A stretch of DNA of 64,000 nucleotides from Octopus vulgaris (Eukaryota). Location of the stretch: the NCBI GenBank assembly GCA_951406725.2, contig OX597818.1, positions 43,276,001 through 43,340,000 on the forward strand, given 5' to 3'. The notes under the pieces are model-generated. The model made no database searches. It saw only the letters and a program-made list of their open reading frames with translations, and was not told the DNA's origin. Both the position numbers and the translations under genes were made by a program. This document shows, in pieces, positions 26,167 to 38,925 of this stretch (position 1 is its first letter; each line of letters opens with the position of its first letter).

Positions 26167-26333
26167 AGCTTGTTTACCAACCACATGGTTCTGGGTTCAG
26201 TCCCACTGCATGGCACTTTGGGCAAGTGTCTTCTACTATAGCCTCGGGCCGACCAAAGCCTTGTGAGTGGATTTGGTAGACGGAAACTGAATGAAGCCCA
26301 TTGTATATATGTATGTATGTATATATATATATA

Positions 26334-26384
<51 letters not shown>

Positions 26385-26597
26385 GAGTGTATATGTTTGT
26401 GTGTCTGTGTTTGTACCCCAACATCGCTTGACAACTGATGCTGGTGTGTTTACGTCCTCGTAACTTAGCAGTTCGGCAAAAGAGACCGATAGAATAAGTA
26501 CTAAGCTTACAAGGAATGAGTCCTGGCGTCGATTTGCTTGATGAAAGGCAGTGCTCCAGCATGGCCATAGTCAAATGACTGAAACAAGTAAAAGAGT
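26141..26597 (+). mobile_element. full-length family A SINE
   Basis: ggcgcaggagtggctgtgtggtaag head through gactgaaacaagtaaaagagt tail. Confidence 0.92.
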
Positions 26598-27394
26598 ATG
26601 TACATAGTATAGATGTATTCCTACTTGACTGTTAGTAATATTATTGTACATTATAGGTTTCTAAAAGATACAACTATATTTCTAACTTTTCGAGTTGTTC
26701 AAGTCATTATGAAAAAAAATCTTTTGTTTACTGCCAAAGAACACCAATTACAGCAAATATCACTGCTGTTATTAAAGTGGCTTAAGAAAGAAATAACTCA
26801 TATAACAAATGATCACAAAAAGAAAAAAATTTCACTTAAAGGTATCTCCCTACATGTAAAAGGCAGCAGACAAGAAACGATGCAGAACAGTATTAACTTC
26901 TGAAAAAGAAGGTAAACAAATGGAATATGCTTCATCAAATATACAGCAGGAACAAAGAGAATCGAATGAATTCAGTATCAACAAGAATTAAGAATTATTG
27001 AATAGACGACTATTAAAAAGAAAGAAAGAAAGAAAGAAACTGCAGTGGTCTGAGCTTGTGGAGATTAATAGATAAAACAAACTGAGTCAGTGTGTAGGAC
27101 TGATGATTGATGATAATAGTGACAGAGGGGAAGACAAATCAACTTAGAATAAGATAATTAGGGTTGAAGTTTCAAGGAGGAAATTACCCAGAAATGGATG
27201 GGGAGTAAGTAGGGCTCTTTGTATGATCTGTCGAAATCATTTAATAATACTTTGTACAAATAAAAAAGAAATACTAATATTGACTTGTTTGTACCTATGA
27301 AACTACAACCAATTTTCTTGTTGTTTATGGCCAAAATGATTTTACCAAGTATTTTCTACTGTTCAGAGTGCCAACATTTTGGTTATTATTATTA

Positions 27395-27763
27395 TCTCTA
27401 TATATATAAACGACAAAATGTGTGTGTGTGTGTGTGTGTGTGCATGTCCTTTATACAAATCCAAAATTTTTCAGTTAGAGGGCTCGTACTTTCTATGGTC
27501 ATTCAAAACTGTCCAAGGGTGGTCGTGCACATCTTTACATTTCCCCAGTCACCTTGCAAAGCCATTAAAAAATCAATAGAATTGACTTTTTTGTGAATTT
27601 TCTATCCAAAACCCAATCAAAATGCTCAAAACTTGATGAATGCCAGCTAGCTGTATGTGATTGGTCGGAGATTTGGACAGTACTTGCATGTAAGTATGCA
27701 TGCACGCAGCTGTATATGCATGCACTAGCATTATGACCTGGTGTTGCCGGGTCATAGTGGTAG
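27395..27763 (+). mobile_element. non-autonomous Helitron inserted in (TTA)n
   Basis: A|TCtctatatatataaa start; subterminal hairpin tatgacctgg-tgttg-ccgggtcata; end gtggtag|T (CTAG variant); no TSD. Confidence 0.72.
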
Positions 27764-27789
27764 TTATTATTATTATTATTATTATTATT

Positions 27790-28165
27790 ATTCCACCATT
27801 CGAGCGTGATTGTTACTTGCATCGCCTTACTGGCACTTGTGCTGGTGGCACATGAAAAAACATTCGAGCGAGGTCATTGCCAGTGCCACTGGACTGGCTC
27901 CTGTACAGGTGGCATATAAAAAGCACCATTTTAGCATGGCCATTGCCAGTACTAGCCCTCGTGCCGGTGGCAGGTAAAAGCACCCACTACACTCTCAGAG
28001 TGGTTGGCATTAGGAAGGGCATCCAGCTTTAGAAACTGTACCAAAGCAGACATTGGAGCAGAACTTAAGTCTTCCAACTTATTCAATTCTGTCAAACGAT
28101 CTAACCCATGCCAGTATGGAAGACAGCTGATAAATGATAACACTGCTGCTGCTAATGATGATGAT
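27790..28165 (+). mobile_element. family C SINE with tandem ~65-bp internal modules
   Basis: Repeated gtgc.ggtggca..taaaa units followed by the ggttggcattaggaagggcatccag core. Confidence 0.8.
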
Positions 28166-28171
28166 CTAAAT

Positions 28172-29107
28172 AATCTTTTCTACTCTCGGCACAAGGCCCG
28201 AAATTTTGGGGGAGGAGGCCAGTTGATTAGATCGACCCCAGTACACAACTGGTACTTAATTTATCAACCCCGAAAGGATGAAAGGCAAAGTTAACCTTCG
28301 TGGAATTTGAACTCAGAACATAAAGACAGACGAAATACCTATTTCTTTACTACCCACAAGGGGCTAAACACAGAGGGGACAAGCAAGGACAGGCAAACGG
28401 ATTAAGTCAATTATATCGACCCCAGTGCGTAACTGATATTTATTTAATCGACCCCGAAAGGATGAAAAGCAAAGTCAACCTTGGTGGAATTTGAACTCAG
28501 AACGTAGCGGCAGATGAAATACTGCTAAGCATTTAGCCTGGGTGTGCTAACGTTCCCGTGTGCTAACATTTCTATCAACCAATTTCATTTGCACAATGAG
28601 GCTGAATCCAAAACCATATGGTTGTAAAGTGGGCTTCTTAATCATACAGCCATGCCTACACACACTCCCTCTCACGCACACACACACATATACACACACA
28701 AACATACACACAAACATAAAGACAGACGAAATACCTATTTCCTTACTACTCACAAGGGGCTAAACACAGAGGGGACAAACAAGGACAGACAAACGGACTA
28801 AGTCGATTATATCGACCCCCGAAAGGATGAAAGGCTAAGTCGACCTCGGCGGAATTCGAACTCAGAACATAGCAGCAGACAAAATACCTATTTCTTTATT
28901 ACCCACAAGGGGCTAAACACAGAGGGGACAAACAAGGACAGACATAGGTATTAAGTCGATTATATCGACCCCAGTGCGTAACTTGTACTTATTTACTCGA
29001 CCTCCGAAAGGATGAAAGGCTAAGTCGACCTCGGCGGAATTTGAACTCGGAACATAGCAGCAGACGAAATACCGCTAAGCATTTCACTCAGCGTGCTAAC
29101 ATTTCTG
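28172..29107 (-). mobile_element. head-to-tail multimer of family B SINE units with a captured foreign segment
   Basis: Four family B units; the junction gaaatag|gtattt occurs three times (~28338, ~28735, ~28888); 28559-28700 matches 55645-55786 in reverse. Confidence 0.85.
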
Positions 29108-31149
29108 ATCTAAATAATAATAATAATAATGGTTTCACAAAAAAGCCTTGATTGAGTCATCCTTTTCAAGTTATTTGCTGCTTTTTATATTTTACTTCCA
29201 TTTGATTTGACTCATTTGACTTTGATTTTAAAGGCATTGATTTCTTCTGACCAAACTCAAGACCAATTTTTGTAGGAAGTTGGGTAGCAGAGGATGAGGA
29301 GTTCATTATTGATTTAATCACTTCCAGTTTATTACTATTATTAATTTCATTGACCCACGACTGCCTGCATTACCTCCATGTATTTTGTATATATTATTAT
29401 ATAAAAATGAATGTGAACACCTCATGCTTTATTTCATATGTCTCTGAGTAGATTGACTACACAATAAACATTTATGAATTGAATAAACAGCGGTAAGAAC
29501 AGATTAGAAATAGATTAGTTATTTAGTATTTGAATGTCTGTTTGTGTGTGTGAGTAAGAGTTGGGAGGGAAAGGGAAAGCGATATGACTCATGATTAAGT
29601 TGTAATATTTGATAATCCAATGAAAGTAACCTCTGGTCAAGATTTGACCTCATGACTAAGTTATTGCTATCTTTATTATTATTACACATTTTGTTTTCTT
29701 TATTTGTAATTATTTTTCTTTTTCTTTTTCTTTTTTTTTATATTTTGTTTTATTTTTACCTATAGTACGTATGAAGGATATCTAAAATGTTAATATAATG
29801 TTTGTTCTGGTGGCTGTTTATTTAATTTAGCTGTTTCCATTTAAAATTGATCTCTGGTTGATTGCTGTGCCACTTTAAAAAAAATATTATGGGAATGAGC
29901 CGGAGTAAACCAAAATTAAAATAGAATTCTTCATCTGGAAAAATAAAAAAAAAAGAAATAAAAGGAAATGGCTGGTTGGATGGTATAGAAGGAAGAGGAA
30001 GAGGGAGATAGTATAGTCAGGGTTAGGGAAATTCCATTACTGTAAACATGATGCCTACTGGCTAAATCAACTCCACAGACTAGTTACTGGTCTTCCACAT
30101 CAGTGCTCATTCAACAAAAAATACCACCCATACAAACATACACCATCTCCCTCTCCGTCACTCTTTCATTCGTTTTTTTCCCTCTCTTTTTCTCCCTTCC
30201 TCTCTTATATCTATCTCTCTGCACTCTGTTTGTTTTTCCAGCAGTCACCCCCTACACTTCACTGATACCCTTGCTGCTAAGTATTGTCCTTTCAACCATG
30301 ATATTATTTGGATTAAATCTTGATTGCAAGTAATTCAAAAGACAGCTAAGAACAGAGGCTGTGGAGTTGGGTGCGGTAGACTTGTTATTTTATCATTTGT
30401 TTTCTAGGTGTTTAAAGATAATTTCTTTTGAGGTTTATGTTTGAAATGATTTCTCTTTTATTACATTGCTCACTTTATTGTTTTATTAATGTTGTTACTG
30501 TTGTTGTTTTTCCCTTACATATATATCATGCTGTTATTTTGTCCTTATTATTTGTAGCAGAAACACAGTGTCAAACAAAAATGCTATTGCATTCAGTTCA
30601 AATCTCACAAAGGTTTTCTTTACCTTTCATCCCTCAAAGGTCAAAAAGATCGTACCAGTCAGATATTGGATCAGTTGATTCAACTATTTGAAATATCTGG
30701 ATTTACACCAAAGTTTAAAAAAATTTTATCATTTCTGGCAGAATTTAATTTATTTTACTTCTCTCTATCTTAAGTTCTATATCCATGGTCCCCAAACTTT
30801 TTTTATGCTTCATAGCCCTAGGAAATGTTTGATTAATGTTTGCACTCACTGCAAAAGTAATATCACTTTTGAAGATCAATAAGTCAGTTTTCTAATAACT
30901 AATCTTTTATTTTCTTTGTTTTTCAATTGAATCACGTAAAATACTGTGAGTAAACAAACGCAACTCAAAAAATAAGTTTTGACTCAGTGTGTTGTAAGAG
31001 GCAAATTGGATAATTAGAAAAAATAATGCAAAAACTGAAATCAATCACAATTATGCATAATGTAAAATTCAATGTCTTCTTTGTTTCTGCTTCTCATTCT
31101 TCACTTTATCAAAACATAGAACTTCCTTACTGATTTTGATCCATAACTC

Positions 31150-31255
31150 TGCCTGTGGATTCAGGTAATTCCTATTGTTTGTCTTGATTGACAAAAGAGA
31201 ACTGAATCCAGATTCACACAAGTCATTATAAATGGAATAAGGACACTGTTCTTGG
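31150..31255 (-). pseudogene. hAT-Charlie/Buster transposase C-terminal remnant
   Basis: LIPF...LCESGFSSLLSIKTNNR, with a frameshift; a Charlie-like terminus (ccatggtccccaaac) lies at ~30783. Confidence 0.55.
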
Positions 31256-31645
31256 TCATAATTTGTTCAACTAATCTTATTGTGAAAAGCAATTTTAATA
31301 AAATATATACTTCAGGGTACAAAATGGCATTTTGGGAAACCCTGTCCTATATTGTAAAGTTGAAATTCCACTGAGGTTGACTTCACCTAGATTATAAAAA
31401 ATAAACTAATTATTTGGTGTACACAAAGCCAACTCAATACACTATATTCCTTCTATGCCACATAAATTTATAGCTTTGTATCCTCATAAGAATAATGTTG
31501 AGCGAATGTTCTAAGTCCCCAGTGATTAACTGAATATCAACATGATTGATATTTGTAGAAGAGTGTGAGTGATCAAATTAGCTCAAATATATTACTGATA
31601 TTTATTCTATTACCTTTGAAACAAAGAAAGTAAAACCAACATTAA

Positions 31646-31866
31646 CCCTTTCGTTACTGTATTTATTTTGAGATGCTCTGTGTTTCTTTCAATTAATTTT
31701 AAACATAACAAAGAATTTAGTAAAATAACTTAGTTATCATTCAGCTAGTGTTAGGAACATAAATTGTGACCAAGGTTTGGTGGAAGATTTTAATTCGAAA
31801 CTTATGAAAACATGACATTTATACTCAGAGCCAGAGCTGGTTTCAGCCAGGTTGGTAATGAAAGGG
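31646..31866. mobile_element. piggyBac-type MITE
   Basis: TTAA|ccctttcgttac ... gtaatgaaaggg|TTAA. Confidence 0.85.
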
Positions 31867-31906
31867 TTAATGGAATTTGTATTTAGAGCTGAGAGATTAT
31901 TTACAA

Positions 31907-32971
31907 CAGTGGTTCCCAACTTTGACTGGCTTATACCCACCTGCTTTCTTAGAGTCTTACATTTATCTGTGCTCCTTTTGACCAGTGTTTCTCACCAGGG
32001 TCCATATAACCTCTGAGGATCCATATAAAATTTTGGGGTGTGTCCACACAACAAAATAGTAAATGGGGATTCATCATCATCATCATCATTTAACATCTGC
32101 TTTCCATGCTAGCATGGGTTGACTGAAGACTGGCAAACCAGATGGCTGCACCAGGCTCCAATCTGATCTAGCAGAGTTTCTACAGCTGGATGCCCTTCCT
32201 AATGCCAACCACTCCAAGAGTGTAGTGGGTGCTTTTACATGCCACTGGCACGAGGGTACTGGCAATGGCCACACTCAAATGGTGTTTTTTACATGCCACC
32301 TGCACAGGATTTACAATAGTATTTTAAGGGTCCCTGAAAAACTTTTGCTTTAGCTGTATGTATTTGTATGTTTTGCAAGAGACAGCTAGGTTTCTTTTTC
32401 ATGGTTCAACCTACACAAATTAATGGGTGAAAAACAAAATAGGAATTTTGAAAGAAGTTTCTATAAAACTAGTTTTCAAACATCAAATGGCTATGGGAGT
32501 CCACCAGAATAAAATAGTAATCAAAGGGGTTCTGTAGATAAAATATGGTTGAGATATATGGCTTTAGATATTATTAGGATTTCTTCTCCAAGCAACTTAT
32601 TATTCAGAAACATCACTACTCTCCCAAAGTTCAACAAAGTGATGCAAGCAATTATCCTTGGAGATTGTCACTAAATGTATGAACTTTAGATGAATGAACT
32701 TCAAAGCAGTAACATAATATTTAATTCATACAAGATTTTCCAATGCCAACATAACACTTTATTCATCAATGGTAAATTATGATCAAGGTGTCAAATGAAA
32801 CTTTTTTTTTGGTCATGAAGGAATTTAAGATATAGAAAATATATTGGATATATGTGTGCCTATGTAGGTTTTTGTATGTAAATCTTAAAGAAAGTTGTGT
32901 CCTTGCTCCTTATTCTCAAATTTTTCTGTGACCCCACTGAACTTGCTATGGTCCCAGGTTGAGAAACACTG
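31907..32971. mobile_element. hAT-Charlie-type element containing a nested MITE (~31983-32560), which contains a family C SINE (32072-32309, minus)
   Basis: TIRs cagtggttcccaac / gttgagaaacactg with near-TSD ttttacaa/atttacag; the nested part matches 15004-15353. Confidence 0.7.
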
Positions 32972-35900
32972 ATTTACAGTATCAAATTCTGTGCTAAGAT
33001 TATCAGCTTGGCTTTTTATCCTTAGAGAGTCTATAAAATAATTAGTGATTGAGTACTGAAATTATTTTAATAATATATTTCTCCCTATTGAAAGTTGACT
33101 TTGTATTTAAGTAATAAATTATCATCATCATCAACATGAGATGGTAAAAATCCTTGTTCGTTAGTCTACCTTGTTTTATATTATTTTTCTATATCCTTAA
33201 TTAAAAATCTACTAGTGACAATTTAATTTTTCATTTCTCTGGAAATATTGAAATAAGTATCAGTAATACAGTTGAATTAATTTCATTTCTTACATCATGA
33301 TTAACCCTACTCCCAGTGATAATGAATCCTTATTACTAGCTCCCTGCAGAAATCTATTGACATTTTAGTATTGTTAAAAAAGAAAACAGTATGAACATTG
33401 ACTATTTCCCCTCCACTTACATACAATTCATATAACTTGAACTTGAGATGAAGCTTAAATGATTTGATCACATAATCTGTAATTTTAACCCATAGCAGCA
33501 GTCTTCACATTGAGATTAAGAATGTTTACATATAGGTAATATATTATGTAATAAACTGTATGGTGTAGTGTTTTATTAAGCTCAGGGAGTGCAGCAGTAA
33601 ATTGTTGATAAATAGAATTTATGGATTAATTTTGATTTGAAGCTATATTGATTTCACTGTATTGATTTAATTGATAGAAACACACATGCTACACTTTCCA
33701 ATTCCTCTTCCTTACTGTTATTCAAATATTTATAACAAATTAGGAAATTGTTATTTAAATTTTAGAAAAACAATTAGAATGTATTGTTTTGAAGAATCTT
33801 TGAACTTGCTTCACTGAGAAACCAGAATGCTGACATTTCCTTAAAGGGAATCTTGTATAAAAGATATATGAATATTAATTGAATGCACATTATATCACTT
33901 AAATTCTGCATCATGAGCTGATGTGAGAACTTCTATCTGTTACTCAACTTGGTAAAAATAGTAGTCAAATTTTACTCTGTTGTTTTAAAAAAATATGACT
34001 CATTGGATATGTACTTGGATTCCTTGCACATTAGGATATGGGGTGGTCATGGCTCAAACATCTTTAACCAGAGGTTTGCTCAATCAGAGTTGAGCAAGGC
34101 TTAAAGAACAAATTCCTCATACATTTTTTTCAGAACAAACTCATTGAATAAAATTTAAAAAAACAAAAAAAAAAACATTGTTGCCAACCACGTAAGCAAT
34201 ATACCAGTTTTGCCAATCAAAACCTTGTGTTGAGATTGCAATTTGAAGCTTTAGGAGCTAGTTACATGTCTATAGACTGGATAAGTTGTATTTCATTCTA
34301 CTTTGAGACTACAACACATTCTGCAATACTGTGGTTTATAAAAACAGAATTAGTAGACAAAATGAATAAGCAGGAATGAAACATTAACAAGAACATGTTT
34401 TATTTATAAAGTAATCTCCTTTGTTTCTTTTTGGAATGTCAGCCACAAAACTATTTAAGTTCAATGATTACAAAAATAATATCATTGTAGATCATATAAT
34501 AATGGTGGTTTTGAAGAAAGAAGAAACAGAAAACAAAATTTATTGATATTCACATCATTTATATTATTTTGTAGAGTCAGGATATCCATTCCTAATTCTT
34601 TTACTATTCTATTGATTTCTCATTTTAACACACAATCCAAGCTCATTTACTGTCCCCAATACCACAAAACAGTGTAAATGATAGCTTTCTTTCAGAAGCT
34701 CACATCCCTCAAGTTACATTCCATCTTTTACTTTCCAGCAAATGTTCTTCGGATTCACCTATAATTATGAATGATGTAGCATTCAGCTAATTCCCCTAAA
34801 TAAATAAATAAATCCAAAATGGATTTAATGGGATCTGAATAGGAATTTCCTGCGAATTTCCCCCAAGAGAGAAAATGTATTCTTTAATAAGGCTTGACCT
34901 TTACTGTACAAGACAGCAGTTCAGAAATACATCAAGAGCATTTTTTCCTCTCCCTCTGTGTGTGTGTGTGTTATTTTGCTTTTTTATTCTAATTAAATAG
35001 CCAGACGACGAAGAATTGCCATTCCATATCTTTATTATGTTAAAATAAATGATGTCTGCTATGAAAGAATTTTCATCCTGTATCTCAGCATATACATTTT
35101 ACTGAATTTTCAAGAGCAGAACAATATGAAATTTTTGGTTAATTATGCCAAGAAATAATAGATATGTCTATTTATTTTGCATTCTCAGAATAATTACAAA
35201 ATTAATGATTAGTTACATTGTAATCTTCAAATTGTGTGTGTGCGAGTGAGTTTGTATGCGTTTGTGTGTGTGTTTTGCATGTGTTTGTGTGTATGTATTT
35301 GTGTGTGTTTCTTGCATCTGTATGTGAATCTATTTAAATACTTATAAAAATTCTTAATAGCAACATTTTCCAAATTTTCTATAATTTGATATTTCTTTTC
35401 ACTCATTATGGCATTTTATGAAACTATCTTTGTGCATTGACTGCATTTTCTTTGTATTTATGTAAAAGGCTGCCTATATGAAAGATATTTAAACTCTATT
35501 ATGTCACATACTTTCTAAGTGATGGGCATTAAATGAATAAAATCTACAAAAATAAAATGAAGAGAAATATGGTGAGCATAATTTGTCAAATGTATATCAT
35601 TAACTTGAATGAAAGCCAAGTGTTGTAGATGGATGGAAAAGGATTGCTGTTTGAAAAAGTGTGGAGGTACACAGTCTAGTAGTTGGAGTGTTGGTGTCAA
35701 TATTCTAACGCTATGAGTTCAATTCCTGGATCAGATGGTACATTGTGTCCTGAGCAAGGTAGTTCATTTCATATCATTCCAGTTTATTCAACTGAAATGG
35801 AGTACCAAGTGCTCATGCAGCCCTCTCTCCTTCTAAGTGTCACATCATAGCTGTTCTACTGGATCATGGCTGGCAGAACCAAGTGGGGTGTCTGTGTCTG

Positions 35901-36194
35901 CTTGCAACTACACAGGCTCCTAAAACTATTAGTGAAAGCATTGTACATGCTATCAAGTCATACTTGCTTGCAAGGGACAGTTACACTTTACCTACCTGTT
36001 CAATATGGAAAATACCAGTGGCAGAAGAAGACCAAGGAAGACACGAAAAAGGAATGGCAAGGTTATATTTCCTGGCATTGGGCTCATAGAGAAGATGGGA
36101 AACAATTGAGATAAGTGATGATATGCCATAGTGCAGACTTGTCCAACTTACACTAGCCCCCGCCCTCTCTCTTTCACACACACACACATTCTGT

Positions 36195-36497
36195 TGTGTG
36201 GAGGCACATGGCCTAATGGTTAGAGCAGCAGGCTCACGGTCGGGGGATCGCGGTTTCGAATCTCAGACCGGGCGATGTGTGTGTTTATGAGCGAAACACC
36301 TAAGCTCCACGCAGCTCCGGCAGAAGGTAATGGCAAACTTCTGCTGACTCCTTCGCCACAACTTTCTCTCACTCTTTCCTCCTGCATCTCGCAGCTCACC
36401 TGCGATGGACTGGCGTCCCATCCAGGTGGGGAAGCTATACGCCACAGAAACTGGGAAACTGGCCCTTATGAGCCAGGCATGGCTTGAGAAGGAACAA
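36195..36497 (+). mobile_element. family D tRNA-derived SINE
   Basis: tggcctaatggttagagcagc...ggtttcgaatc head; flanked by duplicated cacacattctgttgtg (TSD-like). Confidence 0.88.
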
Positions 36498-38721
36498 CAC
36501 ATTCTGTTGTGATATCTATTTTCCTATATATGATGTAGTAAGTGCCATATCAGGCTCCACTGAACCTGATTCTTCTGCCTGTATGACTCATTCTTTAGTT
36601 TCTTTTAAATATCTCTTCCTAAATTTCCATTATTCCAAGATTACCATGGACATCTTTTCATCAGCATGAGCATCTCTTCAAATTAAGTATACATACCAAT
36701 AGGATCATTTCTTCTTTAAACATCCCCTGTGCAATATGTTTAATTACTTTCTCAATTAATTTGAACTGGTATTTTCTTAAATTAGCATTTGTCACTTGGT
36801 TTAACACCGCCATCTGGGTCTTGAGTATTTTAGTAAGAGTTTCCTCTGTTGCCAGCTTTCAGGCTGGGTCTCCAATTTGAAGGTGGCTCTTGCAGATTTG
36901 GTAGCCCTGAATAGAGAACCATGAGTTCACCCTTTTCACTTTAGAGTAAGCTATGGAAAAAAAAAAACCCCAAATATACATGCAATGATTCATATTTAAT
37001 TTATTCCTCTGTAGTCTCTAAACAACTCTTATTTACTGGCCATTTTCCACTGACATACAGTACATGTGTTACATATGCTTTGCACAATCTCTACACAGCT
37101 ACATTTTTAAGCTACTTTCTTTAACTTCAGTCACTGAATTTGCACTCATTATCTAGATATCAGAATGTATCCACTAATTCCAGTGTACTTCATGAATAGT
37201 TTATGGCTTTTAGTTTAAGACTGCTCATTTCAGCAGCTTTAACTGGTGCATTTGCTGAACTTAAAGGTGTAGTTACTTTATAAGCATGCATAGTTTTCTC
37301 TATTTAGACTATATATCCGCAAAATGTATTTTTCTGACCTTTGCACATGTCTGATATCTTTGACCCTTAGATTTCTTGATAAGCTGTTTCTGCAGTTCTT
37401 TGACATAGTCTATAATTCCATAATGAAAATCAAATTGGAAGCCTAAAATATCATAAGCATACAATCTTTAACTTATTTGAGATGGTCTAGAATGAAGTAA
37501 TGATAGCTAAAGACAGAACTTTGGTGTCACAAACTCTTTCATCTATCAATATACAAATAAAATATGTTTGTTTTATTTTTTCAACTGTTAAATGGCTGAC
37601 GTTTTAAAACTTTATGACTATAGAAATAATGTGCTTAGATTTCGTCTGCTTGATTGTAAGTTCAAACCCTGCTTTAGGAATTCCATTATATGAATGGTAT
37701 TGAAGCCTGTTTTCTTCTTCATGACACTGGAGATTTTTCTCTCACTTGAGCAACTGGTTATGAAATAATTTAGGAATTCTGTATGAAGGTGCTCTATTGT
37801 TATATAGACAACTTAAACAAAATATGACTTCTTTTTAAAGTAAACTGTTTTGTTTTTGAACTTATAAAACAAGGGTTACTTTGTTTTTCTTAGAAAACAA
37901 CAAAGCAGTTCAGCTTCTAAGAAAATATTGCAAAATTTGAATGTTTTCCTTTGAACGGTTTGTATGTAGTTTGTATCAATGAAGGCAACATAGAACAGGA
38001 CTGTTGTTTTTGTTGTTTAGTCAGGTCCTTTCTGATTGTGTTGATATTTGATTTAAGGCTCTATAGTCATCTTTTGCTTAAACATAGTGTATCTAGGACT
38101 ACTTTAACCAATGTCTCTTTCTTTTTTTAATATGGTAAGGTGTGATTTAAAAAAAAATCAGGTTGCTTTTCTACCAGGGCAAATGACGGCATAGAGGTTC
38201 CCTCATTAGTTGGTATAGAGTAAGATTAAAGAGAATGGTTGTGAAACACAAGAAGAAATATTTTATTAATGAGCTTCTCTCCAAACATTAACAAGAACTT
38301 GAGTCAGTTCTAGATGATTGATAGTCTTTTTTTTTTCGCTGTTTTTTTTTTGTTTTGTTTTTTTTTTACAGTATAATGTTTTCAACCTTTAAAGTTGTTG
38401 GTTGCTGGAGCAGAAAAAAACATCATTAGGATATTGGAAAACTGGCTTTTATGAATATACAAGTGAAGAGAGATGAGGAAAAGTATAAGCCATGAAGAGT
38501 GGAAAGGAGAGGTGTAAATAAATGATCGAGGGTTGGTGAAAATAAGGAGTATTTAAACTTGCTGCTGAAAAGGCAAAGGAAAAAGTCTTAGAGTAGAGGG
38601 AAAGAAAAACAAAATCTTATTTCTTGACAACTTGCGAACAACCCATCATGTATGTAGACAGACAATCCAAATATTCATAAAAATCTGAACAGATTTGCAC
38701 CAAAGAAAGACAGATGGCAGT

Positions 38722-38725
<4 letters not shown>

Positions 38726-38780
<55 letters not shown>

Positions 38781-38925
38781 CTACTCTTTCAGTTCCCTTA
38801 TGTGTATATTTGTGCACCTTGCATACTCTCTCTCTCCACCTCCCCCTCTCTCTCACACACACATACACACACACCCTCTCTTCATCTCTCTCTTCCTCTT
38901 TTTCTACCCTGTCTCTCTCTCTTTC
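38726..38925. repeat. (CT)n-rich microsatellite block
   Basis: Directly visible. Confidence 0.9.

Noticed and set aside
37624-37655. Possible 32-nt exon (tag|...gatt|gtaagt)
   Set aside because: The acceptor is weak, and the frame needed to join exon 44504 contains TGA. It is not supportable without RNA data.
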